Shown here: piece after piece, positions 36,988 to 48,432 of the stretch
Layout: every line of letters starts with the position of its first letter
Position numbering within the stretch: position 1 is the first letter of the stretch
DNA from: Flectonema sp. DT1601
Taxonomy: Eukaryota
DNA length: 64,000 bases
Direction: 5' to 3'
NCBI GenBank assembly: GCA_964019425.1
Contig: OZ025789.1
Location: 682,001 to 746,000 of the forward strand
The notes under the pieces: model-generated
The model's input: only the letters and a program-made list of their open reading frames with translations
Told to the model about the DNA's origin: nothing
Databases searched by the model: none
Made by a program: the position numbers and the translations under genes

Positions 36988-38172
36988 ATGAAAGGAATCG
37001 AAATAGGACTCATCATATCATGTGTTGTGATGTTCCTCGCTGGAGTTTATTTGACATACATAATGTGGATTGGAGCGAAATGGAGGGGTGCGACTAAGAA
37101 GGGGAAAGACAGAGAAGATTTCGAAACGAGAGAAATGAAAGTCAGCCACAATTACTTTATGGGAGTGTGGCTAAGATTAGTAGAAGGGAGTAGGTCAGGT
37201 AGTTATGATATGTACAAACTTCTTCTAGATAAGCAGCAAACTACTGTCCTCTACCAACAAGTTAAGAGTCCTTGGTGTAGAACCTACCGAGCGGCTCAGC
37301 AAATCTTCAGTGACCCCGGTAGTGCTGCCGTGAGAAAGATGATAAATGGACAGCACTCAACTTTATACAGACAAGCTGGATTTCGACGCTCTAGCACTCT
37401 GTACATATCGACGAAGGAACTTTTGTTTCAGTACCTCGGAATCAATCCTTATTCAAAAACACTTCAAATGTTTACGTACGTTCTGTTGCCATGCTCAGAA
37501 TTGCGCTTCAGCACCACCGGTAAAAATGCCCTGCGCGATGTTCTTTCTAAACATGCAGTTCATGCAAACTGTATTGAGGAAGTTATCTACGCTGGGGAAT
37601 TTAATTTTATGGATGGGTGTTTGTTTATTGATAATGCTTCAGGAACTTTTTCTCCCAACAAAAAGTACCTCCCAATAGTAAGGGACTTCGTTGCGCAACA
37701 TTTCAAAGGTCTTCCTGTTGGTTTCATGGATTTCACTCAGAGAGAAGACTTCTTTAAGGATATGAAGGATGGAAAAGGTTTTGGGAGTTACAACCGACAC
37801 CACGAATCAGTTGTTGTTGCTCAAGTTCTTGACCCACATGAAAGGAGGGTACGACTTGATTCGTTAAAAAAAGAGAAGCGGAAGAGTCGTGAACTCCAAT
37901 CCGTGAAATCGGTTGGTGGGGTACAATTCTCATCTGAAAAACCGACGTTTTCATCTCCTCAAAAGTTCGATTCTCCGTTTATCGAAATGTCTCCTACAAA
38001 AGTTATTCCTAATATAGCACCACCACCTGAAGCACAACCAGAACACACGGCTGTCGTCATTCCTACTGGGGCAGGACTTCCCATCGACAAGAATACCCCC
38101 GAGTGGGTAGGTGTTGAAGAGAGCTATGAGGCATTCGTATACCACGCCTTCAGTGATGATGGACTTGAGTAG
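36988..38172 (+). CDS. N-terminally anchored protein with conserved FTYV..RFS.TG..SKH..H..YAGEF..IDNxSGT.xP domain of unknown function
   Basis: Long ORF with an N-terminal TM. The motif set resembles the domain found in fungal/protist C2-domain proteins (recognised from memory). Confidence 0.7.
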   Translation: MKGIEIGLIISCVVMFLAGVYLTYIMWIGAKWRGATKKGKDREDFETREMKVSHNYFMGVWLRLVEGSRSGSYDMYKLLLDKQQTTVLYQQVKSPWCRTYRAAQQIFSDPGSAAVRKMINGQHSTLYRQAGFRRSSTLYISTKELLFQYLGINPYSKTLQMFTYVLLPCSELRFSTTGKNALRDVLSKHAVHANCIEEVIYAGEFNFMDGCLFIDNASGTFSPNKKYLPIVRDFVAQHFKGLPVGFMDFTQREDFFKDMKDGKGFGSYNRHHESVVVAQVLDPHERRVRLDSLKKEKRKSRELQSVKSVGGVQFSSEKPTFSSPQKFDSPFIEMSPTKVIPNIAPPPEAQPEHTAVVIPTGAGLPIDKNTPEWVGVEESYEAFVYHAFSDDGLE

Positions 38173-38503
38173 GTACCTAGTTATCTTTTGATTATTATTA
38201 TGATTGCTTTCCTCGAATAAAGTTCTGCGAGGCTGTGCTGATGCCACTGCAAGAGTCGGAGTAAACAATACAATAAAGTGTGTTTTTTTTTTAATTTACT
38301 TCTCACCTTATTATCGTTTAGCTCTGCAAACTTGTTCGTGCGCAAATACATTTTTGGGACACTGAAAACAATATTTTTTTATTTTTGGTCAAACCTTTCT
38401 CTGATTTTTATAAGTTATGGAAATACGTTTTCGATGTCAGTCTACAGTGATCGTCTCACTTAAAGACAGGATGTCAGTTTTTTTTTTTTTTTTTTTTTTT
38501 TTT

Positions 38504-38648
38504 TTGTGCCTACAACCCCATTGTTCGGTAGAAATTGTGGCAGCGTAACTTACCTATTCCTTTATTAGGATTTTCTACCGGTTGCGCACAAACAAAATAA
38601 GAGTGTGAATGAATAAGTAAAAATAGTGAAGTTTGCCGATTCTTTTTT
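38504..38648. mobile_element. Short dispersed repeat, copy B (reverse complement of 32709-32858), between poly-T tracts
   Basis: Near-identical reverse complement over about 145 nt. Confidence 0.75.
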
Positions 38649-39314
38649 TTTTTTTTTTTTTTTTTGTTCTGTTTCCCTTTTTTTTTTTTTTACCCCGTTA
38701 TTTCATATTTGTACCACTTTTTAAGGGCGAATTCCAAAATAAAGCCGAAAATACAGGAAATTAAAGGGCATTGAAGAGCCCTTTATTTTCCCCCTTTATT
38801 TTTTTCCCCCTTTAAAAGGAATACAAGTAGAGTATTTAGAAACGTATTATTTCCTTACTGCTACTGACAATGAAGACAACAGTGAGTTGCGTAGTAAGTT
38901 AAGAATAAATGTTAACAAAAGTATCGCTTATGTAGTATTGTATTCCCTCCATCAATTTTGTAGAAATATAAATATTTTTTTTTATGTTTTAATTTGTATC
39001 TCCGATCCTCGTTTGTTATTCTCCGTTTTTTTTTGAGGAAGATGAAAACGGAGCAGAAGAAACCCGAACCTTTTTCGTTTTTTTTTTTTTTTCTCTGCTT
39101 GCGGTATTGGTACTTTTTCTTAATTTAGGAAAAACAATAAAAAAATGTCTTTGAAAATTTTTTTATTATTATTTAATTTATTTATTTGTAAAGAGTGATT
39201 AAGAGTAATTCAAATTATTGTTTTTCCTCCACCAGAATCAGTTATCAGGAAGGAGAAATAGAAAAACTTTCCTATCATTGATAAAAGTTCAGTTTTACGA
39301 GTTAAAACACATTA

Positions 39315-42300
39315 ATGGAGGACGATGAAGTTCCTCACATTGTAGAGGTTCAAGATCCGGAAGATGCGAATGGGATTGTGGAGGTTCCTATTTACCCGTC
39401 GTCTGGTGTTGAAGCAGTGACTGATTTCTTAAAAGACTCCAATGCAACTTATGAAATTTGGATGCAAACGGCGCTGTTTTTCTTATCTCACAATATGATT
39501 GATAAGTACTCCGACATTCTCGAGATAGCAGCCGATCTTATCAGAAAGTCGGTACCAAAACGTGACTACAGAGTTAATCTATTGTGTTCATTAGCTGGAC
39601 ACTATTTATCAACAGCTGGAGACGATGGTGGTGATAAGATCGCGATGACGAAGTTTGAACGAACTCTCAAAGAAGGAAAGCGTTGCGATCCAACACATCC
39701 GTGGCTTCGGATTCTCGAAGCGTCTTATGAAATTGTAAAGGGAGCAGATATCAGAGACAACCTTCAAAAAGAGAAACATTTTCTAACAAGTCTTAATAGT
39801 CTCGAAGTTCTAAAGCCAGCCTGCAAGACGATGACGCATCGCATTCAACTCTCGATGTCAATTGCGGTGTGTAAATATAAACTTGAAGACTTTGTGGGTG
39901 CATGGAAAGAATTTGCCGACGTTGTCGCGCGGACGCCAGCCGGTGATACTCCAAATGGTGCTCGTTTGGGATTAGCGTACTGCAACTTCAAGCTGGGACA
40001 AGAAGAGTCGGCGATTTCTTGTTTTAGACGAGCAGTCGATGAGGACCCGAATTGTGTTCGCGCCCTTCTCGGTCTCGCAGGTATCCTCTTGGGATACCAA
40101 GGAACAGATGCTGTTGATCGACACAAGGAGGGATTTTCGATGCTTCTCAGAGCGTACCGCGCTGACGATAAAAACCCTCTGTTGCTAAATATGTTCGCAT
40201 CCACAATGTTCAGACAGTACTTCGTTACGAAAGAAGACAAACATCGCAAAACGATTAAAGGATTAGTGAGACGGGTCTTGGACCACATTCCGGATGAAAA
40301 AATTGAATACTTTGGTGACTTGATCGCTGAAGCCTACTATCAGGGAGCGAGAGTTCACCACGCTTCATCAGAATTTGACAAAGCCTATACCGAATACACA
40401 CACGCTCTGAAGCACAACCCAAAACATCTTCTGGCAATGTACAGCCGTGCTCAGTGTTTAATTTATAGCAAGTTAGTTAGTCACGGTCAAGAACAAGTTA
40501 ATTTAAAAGATGTCGAACTGGTGTTGAAGGATCTGGATGCGTGCTTTAGATTAGCACCTGACAACTTGGATTTACTGAAATTAACTTCAAAGTTAAACAG
40601 TTGGAAGTTTATGTCTGTGAGAGACGCTAAAGAGAAGGAGGCAGCACTTCAGAATGCTTTAGAACATTTGCAAAAGATCACAGATCTGGCTAACCCTGAA
40701 GATAGGGAAGCCTGGTCACTGAGAGGTTACTTAGAGAGATTAGATCCAATGTCGCTGTCATACTTTGAAGAGCAAGTAAATACAATCAAGAATGCCGGCA
40801 AACCGATCCCCGCTTCTCTTCTTAACAACTTAGCCGCTATGTACATCCACAGCAAGAAGCAAGATCGCGCTGCAGCGACTCTTCGGGAAGCGCAAGAGAG
40901 ACTCGCTATCGAAAAGAATGCCGCAATTAGTTCGAATGCTGATCAAAAGACATTACAAGCATTGGATGTCACTTCAACAACTCTTCATTATAATTCTGCG
41001 ATTTTTGAAGAGCGCAGAAAGAATCCTCACGCTGCTGTTGCGAAACATCTTGAAGTCATCAAGACGTGGCCTACCTTTATGGATTCGTATATCGCACTGG
41101 TCGATTTACTTCATCAGTTGGGTCAGTCAAAGAAAGCTGTCTCACTTGCGGAATTAGCCAGAACTGTCGCAAAGGGAATGGGGAAGGATTTAGCGAGTAC
41201 CGCAGGTCCGAGATTGCAGTTGGCAACAGTTTTGGGGAAAATTGGTCAGTGGAAAGCAGCAAGAAAACATGCTCAAGAAGTGGTGGAGATTCTGAAAGAT
41301 TCCAAAGATCCTGAAATGATGGATTTGCAGTCTATGGCGATGTTGATTCAGGCGAATGGAATATTTCTTGAGGCCGCTAAGAGTTCTTCTTCGAAGAGCA
41401 CAGAGCTACTTCAGCAGTCAGAACTCCTCTTCAAGGAAGTCTACGGCAGAGATCGCAATAACGCCTTCGCAGCACACAACTTGGCTTGTTGTATCGCTTC
41501 TCGTAACAATCATATGGTTGACTTTTCCCAGCATATCCTTGAACGTGTAAAGGAGGCCAACGTTCCTGGAGGAGATGATCTTGATTACGTAGCGAGTTAT
41601 AATATCGCTCAATGTCATTTTATTCAAAGAACCCCATCATCTGCAATCCCATTATATCATTCTCTTATCGAGAAACTTGAGCAAGACCCATCAATGGAAA
41701 GTATTCTACCGATTGAAGAAATGCCCAGCAAGCTTGCACATTGTCAAGCGTTAACAACAGACTTTAGATCTGCTGTTAGAGGATTTACGAGGGCAAGTTC
41801 TAACAATCCTCAAAGTATCGTGAAATCTACAAACTTAGCATTGTGTGCTCTGGGTTCTGTTGTTCAGGACTTCACTGATGACAAGTTAACATCGTTAGAT
41901 GACATCAGAGTTGCTTTGGGTCAAATCCATACCGCTCGTTCAACATTTCATCGTCTTTCCACGGAGTTGTCAGACGCTGCCAGCACCCCAGAAGGTCGGA
42001 GAGACGTCATTTCTCAAGATCGGATTGCTAAGCTTCAGAACTTTATTTCAGTTTGCAAAAATGTAGAGTCGTTGTTGGAAGATGAAAAGTCAGCAATCAT
42101 CCTTGAGAGCAAACACGCTGAGAAGGGTGCCGTTGAGTTCACTAAGTCGAGGGAAGGTCTCACGCAGAAGATCGAGAGAAGTGCAATTCAAAAAGAAGTT
42201 AAAAGACAGCAAGCTATTGAAGATAAGCGTCGTCGTATGGATGAACAAGAACAGAAGTTCAGAGAGATTCAAGATGCTATGGAACGACGAAATGACCTTC

Positions 42301-43078
42301 CAGACATCACCGAAGCGCGGCCTAAAAAGATTCTTGAAGATGAAGAAGCAGGTGATGGTATGGAAGATGTTGAAGAAGGTCCAGCTCCTGATGCAATCCT
42401 CGACCAGTTTACTGACTTTGAGGATGAGTTTGACGTCGCCCCACAAGCACAGCCTGCTACCAAGACAGTCTCCGAAGAGCCAACATCTGATCGTTTTACT
42501 CGTCGTGCTCGGGCACGAAAACAGCTCTCTGCTTCAGAACGTGAGGCAATCCTTCGTGAATTTTCTGATGACGATGATGATGCGGTATGTTTTGTTCATT
42601 TGGTACTCCAGACTAAGAAGATGGGGAGGTGGGTTCTAATTCCTCTTGAGGTGGATATTATCGAAGCCAACAGTTTTCTTTTAACTCTTCACAACAACTC
42701 AAATAGGACGTTCCAGACTACGAGCCTCAGAACTCAGACGATGACAACATCCGTGAGGGTGAAGACTACCAAAGCAGCGATGAAGAAGGTGGAACCAAAA
42801 AGAAAAAACGAAAGAAGCGCGTAGGAAAACCAGAAAAGAGATCAAAGGGAGAAACTGCTGCACCCACGGAAGCCGATGAAAATGACGAAGCACCACCAAA
42901 GCGCAGAGTGAGGGTGCAGAATGATGACGAAGATGAGGAAGACGCAGCGCCACTAAAGCGTAGAGTGAGGGTGATATCTGGCAACGACGAAGACGACGAT
43001 CCTGCGGCAGAACCTATCGAAGAAGAGTCAGCTCCGATTAAGAGACGGCACAGAATTGAAGACGACGATGATGAATAA
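39315..43078 (+). CDS. CTR9: RNA polymerase-associated protein CTR9 homolog (Paf1 complex); 2 exons (intron 42585-42706)
   Basis: Long TPR array (RLGLAYCNFKLG, AEAYYQGARVHH, LLNNLAAM, TLHYNSA, NAFAAHNLACC), then a coiled coil and an acidic/basic low-complexity tail after splicing. This is the CTR9 architecture. Confidence 0.8.
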
Positions 43079-43520
43079 AACTGCTTTCCGATTTCCGATT
43101 AAATTGAATAGCAGCCAACCAATGCCAAGGTTTCCATTGCAGCAGCCAACGCATCGATCTCAACATCAAATCTTTATCCAAATGAGACACTTTGGAACTT
43201 TAGAAATTCATAATAAAATAAAGCAATAAGAAAGTTCAAACATGAAATACAGAAAAGTAAGGATGCGTTAAGTGGTTATTATTTAGTGTTATAGCTGATC
43301 AGAACTCTCTGTACTTCTACCTGGAATACTCTTTTTAATTTGTTTATTTTATAAATTTTATCATTTTCCTATTTCTCTTCAGTAACAGAACAAATTGCGT
43401 ATTTTGTGGTTAAAAACTTTTTTTTTTTTTGTATCACTTTTTTTTTCTATTCAAAATTTTTAAAATGAGTTTATCCATCACTTTCCCAAGCTGCTGGGAT
43501 CGCGGGTGACTTTAAATAAT

Positions 43521-43960
43521 ATGACGCAAATATTCATTCGAGTCAAGAGAAGAAGGAAAACTTGGTTTATTCACTTGGATAAATCCGAAGTAGTTGGTTA
43601 TATTAAAAATGAGATAGCTCGCATTGAGCAGAAGAAAGTAGAAGAAATACGTATGTTACTATTTTTCGATTATCGATAACAGTGTGGGAATACTAAAACA
43701 ACACATAAACAGGATTGGTTTCAATGGATCGCTGTCCTCTAGACGATAGCCTTCCATTAAATATGCAGACACCGCCTGTTGAGAGTAACAGCATCCTGTT
43801 GCTCACTTTTAAGACTGAATCAGATTGGGAGGAGGAATGCATTGACACACCTGTTTACGCCGACTCAACTTCTATTCCAAGTCTTCCGAAGCCGTTGGTT
43901 GATTACCTGGATGAGATGTCAGCTGAGCCCAGCAATTCCAACAACATGAGTGGTCCATAG
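43521..43960 (+). CDS. Elongin-B-like ubiquitin-fold protein; 2 exons (intron 43651-43712)
   Basis: Spliced MTQIFIRVKRRRKTWFIHLDKSEVVGYIKNEIARIEQKKVEEIRLVSMDRCPLDDSLPL...LLLTFKTESDWEEECIDTP parallels Elongin B. Exon 1 is absent from the ORF track. Confidence 0.7.
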
Positions 43961-44272
43961 GAATTGACTGATCCAAATATGGTTCTCCGATATTTCGCCA
44001 CTGGCGTTGTGTGATGCGTTAGAAAGTTGAACGACCGTTGGTTTTAACGTATGGACCTTTCCCACTTCAAGACGCTATCTTTAAAACACATGTTTTACTG
44101 TTATTAATTTGGTATTTTTCACATTTAGTAGAAAAAAAAAAAGTGTTTTTATTTTGTTTTTTATTTTGTACGCAATTATTATTCTACACAACAGTCTTAA
44201 TAATAAGATATAATGCAACGCGTCTAATTCATTTTTAGAACTGCTTTCCTTTTTTTTTTTCAGACAGATGAC

Positions 44273-45568
44273 ATGGATTGTCTTCCTTCAACTCGGATTT
44301 TAAATGTTGAGTTGAGGACAGGTAAGTTTGATTTTCTAAACCTGAGCAATGATGTTGAAGTTGTAAAGCTACTCTTCCCTCTCGGAGAGGAAATCGTTGA
44401 GTTCTCAGATGTCACTTCACTAAGCACAGGGTCAGATTCTGAGGAAAAGGCGTTGTCAATGGCCATGACTCCTCACGCGATATATTTTGTGACTGATGAA
44501 AGTCCATTAAAAGTGGAACACAAGTTACAGATAAAAGAAATAGAAAGAATCACTTGGGATCCCGATGGTAGGACAGTCGTGGTATCTCCAACAAATGCAA
44601 AATACGAAGCACCCATTCTATTCAGATTTGCGGAAACAGGTGGGAGGAGATATCATTTTCACTCTCGACTTCGGAAACTCTATGAAGTTGAAGCCTACAG
44701 CTCTCTACCTTCAATTGTTGCAACTTGTAACTTAGCAGAAGCCGAGTGCAGGAGAATTGTAATATTAAGAATAAAACAATCATCTCAGGCACTAAATAGT
44801 TCCCAATTATTACAATTAGATGAATGTGTCGCATCACTCTCAAAACAATATCAACAAGACACTGATTCCAAGAAGGAATTAAGGGAGCTAAATGTAATTG
44901 CGGAAAAGGTAGAGTTGGGACACTTCATGGCTGAAAAAAAAGCAGCCTGGGATGATATTTCAGATCTCGAGAAAAGATTATCAGAAGAATGTCGACAGGA
45001 ATTAGAGTTCGAACAAGAAATCGAACTCCTCACCACCCAACTTGTAGAATCGGAACAGCAGCTTTCAATTGAAAGGCGCAGGCGAGATGAGTGTCGTCAA
45101 ATTCTACAACGAAAGGATGCCGTTTCCAGCAGGCAAGAAATTATTTTAATTATCGAAGCGGAGAGCTGGGCTCGCACTGTTCTCGCATTTGAGTGGGAGT
45201 CACTTCTCGCTACAGTTGACTTATTGAGAACACGAAGCCTTTCTCAACTTTTGCTGAAGGAGAAGGATGCTGAGGTACGTACCGTTGCTGCAGAGTTACG
45301 TGACAGGGAGTACGTCGAGGGTTTCCCGAGCGACTCGGAATTGAAATTTGAAGATCTTGAAACCTCACCAGAGACTAACAAAATAGTTATAAACAAACCC
45401 ATTGTCGTACAGAAAGTTATAAATATCGCAGACCTCATTGAACCACCTAGCAGAAGGCCTGACCAGCGTCGACTGCGACAAAACATTCAAAAACCAACTT
45501 CAAAGGCTTCTGAAGCTGAAAATACGCTGAGGCAGTGGAGGTCTCGTCTACTTCATCACACTACTTAA
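44273..45568 (+). CDS. Hypothetical protein: PH-like beta N-terminus plus long coiled coil
   Basis: 431-aa ORF after a poly-T/AG acceptor, with a heptad-rich E/Q/R/L central region. Confidence 0.7.
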   Translation: MDCLPSTRILNVELRTGKFDFLNLSNDVEVVKLLFPLGEEIVEFSDVTSLSTGSDSEEKALSMAMTPHAIYFVTDESPLKVEHKLQIKEIERITWDPDGRTVVVSPTNAKYEAPILFRFAETGGRRYHFHSRLRKLYEVEAYSSLPSIVATCNLAEAECRRIVILRIKQSSQALNSSQLLQLDECVASLSKQYQQDTDSKKELRELNVIAEKVELGHFMAEKKAAWDDISDLEKRLSEECRQELEFEQEIELLTTQLVESEQQLSIERRRRDECRQILQRKDAVSSRQEIILIIEAESWARTVLAFEWESLLATVDLLRTRSLSQLLLKEKDAEVRTVAAELRDREYVEGFPSDSELKFEDLETSPETNKIVINKPIVVQKVINIADLIEPPSRRPDQRRLRQNIQKPTSKASEAENTLRQWRSRLLHHTT

Positions 45569-46865
45569 ACAGATGAGGTCCATTTCTTTCTTATTCTAAT
45601 AGATAACAATAGATTCGTATGTTGTAAAAAAAGAAGTTGCTCGTTTCTAATTATTTACTCAGCTTCAATTCATTACAGGTAAACAATGAACGTGCAGTAA
45701 GTAGTTCATATGAGTGGATCTTGCGATCCTTAATTATACTTTTTAGGAGATCCGGTCTCTTTATCTGGTCACTGAGATGCAACAGCATATGCAGGTTGGT
45801 GATCGCTTTTGAAGTATGCGATTTTGTGTGGACGGAATCCAGTTTATGATGATTTAATTTATGTCTAATTAGTTGCGTGTTAACTTTGATTTATTTATCA
45901 CCCCAAATGGCGGAGTGTATGCCTACACTTACCTTAGGGCATGGGACGCTCAACCTGATAGTACGTACCCCGAATTACCAGATTCGACAACGTCTTCTGG
46001 TCGATTTGACAAAAAATATGGTTTTCCCTTTTATGTTCTCTTTTTTCTAGACGTAATTTTCTTTGATTAACAACTACAAATATTTTTCAGTCAAGTACAT
46101 TGATATTAAAAATTTTTTAGTACCCTAAAGTTGTTACTGTTTTTACATTGTTAAAGTTTCACCCCAATCCTTCAATGACAGAGTGAATGCCTTCACTTAC
46201 CTTAGTACTGTATCTACTACTACCAAAACTACTATCCAAAACTCAAATCCGTCCAATGTTACACACAACGAGTATACCTTCGGGATTGTCAGGTTTCTTT
46301 CATAACCTTAGCTTGCTTGATAAAGATTCCCTTGACAGTTTTCAAGTTGAGTAATGTTCCAAAAGTATGGGCAGTACTACTGGATGGTGAGATACTCACG
46401 ATGGGACTCTGTTATCGTTTTCGTGGGGAGAGAGAGGGGGGCGGGTTTTCGTGTAGTTTTGTAAAATTCCTTTCAACTGACCGACTCACAAGCAACAGTT
46501 TTCGTATCGGCACAAACAAGAAAGTTTATCGCGCGTCACCACCATCTGAGATGATGATGATGGCAATGGTGGTGTGCGGTTAAATCTCTAATTTTGGTAA
46601 ATGAAATTCAATCTTTTGCAGCAATATACTTAATATATTTAGAAAAAGTAAAATCCTGTGATCAGTACTGCTTTCATTCGTCATCCATGTGGGTTGTTGT
46701 TGTCTTGTCTTTTTTCTTCTTTTTTTTCGTGCCTGCCGTCGTTGTCGTTGTGATGACGGCCTCACGGCAGTTTCAGGAGTGGGGGGTTGTGTGATTCCTT
46801 CTTCACGCAGGAGTCACGCCCCCCTGGTGAGAAATAATAATAATAATAATAATAATAATACTAAT

Positions 46866-47290
46866 CATAGATGGAAGTGCCCTACAATTTGGAGGGCGTG
46901 TAGGGCGCTTGTAGGGCGCTTTTAATATAAATATTATTTTGGAGGGCGCTTTTTTTTACCTTTTTTATTACTATAAGACAGCTAAATTGACGTCGACTTA
47001 CACTGACGCACAAGTATTTTGACGCAGAAGCCAAAAAAAAATTTTGACATGCTTATACTGGTGGCAAGTAAACTGATATCCCAGAGACGCATTTGATCGG
47101 GCGAACCGGAGAAAAGTCAAATAAGATGCGATTCGACCCTCGCTGAGGGCAGGGGTGTGTCAAAATGAGCTCGGCATTATATTAAATTTAATTAAAAAAG
47201 CGCCCTCCAGCGCCCTATTTTGGCCCTACAAATTTTTGTGGCTGATTTTCACCAGGCGCCCTCCAAATTTGGAGGGCACTTCCACCTATG
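46866..47290. mobile_element. Non-autonomous TIR DNA transposon (MITE), 425 bp, CATAG...CTATG termini
   Basis: About 33-bp imperfect TIRs (CATAGATGGAAGTGCCCTACAATTTGGAGGGCG and CGCCCTCCAAATTTGGAGGGCACTTCCACCTATG), subterminal AGGGCG/CGCCCT repeats, and flanking direct repeat AATAATACTAAT. Confidence 0.88.
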
Positions 47291-47713
47291 AATAATACTA
47301 ATAAATGATAATGATAATATTGTACTTTTGTATAGGTACTATATTGTAACGCGATTGTTTTGCAATGTAATCAGTTCACTTTCACATTTCAATTGAATTC
47401 CCCAAATGACCTTCCCGGCGCAACATTTCTTTATTTTCTTTTTTTTTAATAATTTTTATAAACACTTTCTTTTCGTTGATTTCGTACCTTTCTTTTAAAG
47501 TCTAGCGAATGGCATTCCTTCCGTGTGGTGATTCCCCTGAACGCACAAACAAATACGCCTTGCGTGTCGGGGAAAGGTTTTGCCGCTGACTTTAGGTTAT
47601 TAATTTGTTGTTAGTTTGTTTGCAATCATTCTTTCTTCTTTTGTTATCAGAAAGGACATGTCACAAGTGATGTGGTGGAGAGGAAGTGGGGGAGAGTAAG
47701 TTAAGTGGAAAAT

Positions 47714-47735
47714 GCGGGTTTGCGGGTTTGCGGGG
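47714..47735 (+). repeat. Telomere-like octamer array (GCGGGTTT)n, about 2.5 units
   Basis: GCGGGTTTGCGGGTTTGCGGGG. Confidence 0.8.
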
Positions 47736-47939
47736 AATCACCTTTTAGGATCTGCCATAGTTCTTTTGAGGGAACTTAAGGGAGTAGAAAATAAGATAAA
47801 GCAAGTTATAAAAACCATAACCTTGCAATGGAGACGTTGACACGTACTAAGTTTACTTGATTGACAATTCTTTCACAATCTGCAGATGCTTTCTTTATTA
47901 AGACAAAGAAATAACAACTAAGAAAGGAATAATAATACT

Positions 47940-48432
47940 TACGAAGGGGTGAGGGTGACCAAGTAATGGCGGTCGGCGACGGCCCGGCTACCACCACCCC
48001 CACGCAAGTCGTAAGGAGCGACATATCCAACTGGTCGAAGGAGGTGCTGACGACACGGAGCATACGCGCCGGGGACAGCCGGCGAGATGATTCTAAGATG
48101 ATCTTTGTCGATGCATCTGTCGTGTTATCTACGTAGATATCTAAGTGTGATATCTTCGAAATCGTTCGGAGTGTAGATGAAAGGGCAGTAGCCTCCAGCA
48201 CGTTGATATGTTCACTACTTTCCTTTTTAGTCCACTGTTCTCCCAGTATAGTCATCTCATAATTTTGATCAAAGATTACGGCTCCCCAGCCCTTCATTGT
48301 TCTATACTCAACAAAGAAGGGTATGTCTGTTCGTTCAATGGCTCTCAACAGACAAGTTAATTACATTATTAATCATCTTAATAGACTGCAATGCACTTAT
48401 AAACTAAACTGGGTATCTACAAAATGCAACCA
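47940..48432 (+). pseudogene. DIRS/TATE-type RT-linker plus RNase H remnant containing an internal inversion (48118-48298)
   Basis: The + strand reads ...SKMIFVDAS, the - strand reads MKGWGAV...HINVLEA...IYVDNTT, then the + strand reads VLYSTKKGMS...WVSTKCN. Re-inverting restores one frame. Confidence 0.8.

Noticed and set aside
42585..42824. ORF-track C-terminus of CTR9 (VCFVHLVL...)
   Set aside because: It reads through an intron. Splicing 42585-42706 gives the expected acidic/basic tail ending at 43078.
47336..47346. GTACTATATTG resembling the 3' end of the trypanosomatid spliced leader
   Set aside because: Only 11 nt in AT-rich DNA, with no rest of the SL exon or intron.
47527..47742. 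11-bp inverted repeat GGTGATTCCCC/GGGGAATCACC as DIRS ITR/ICR
   Set aside because: The match is real but short, and I found no counterpart at the other element end.
47806..48348. 180-aa minus-strand ORF as an intact RNase H gene
   Set aside because: Only its central 60 codons are real. It is a chimera made by the 48118-48298 inversion.
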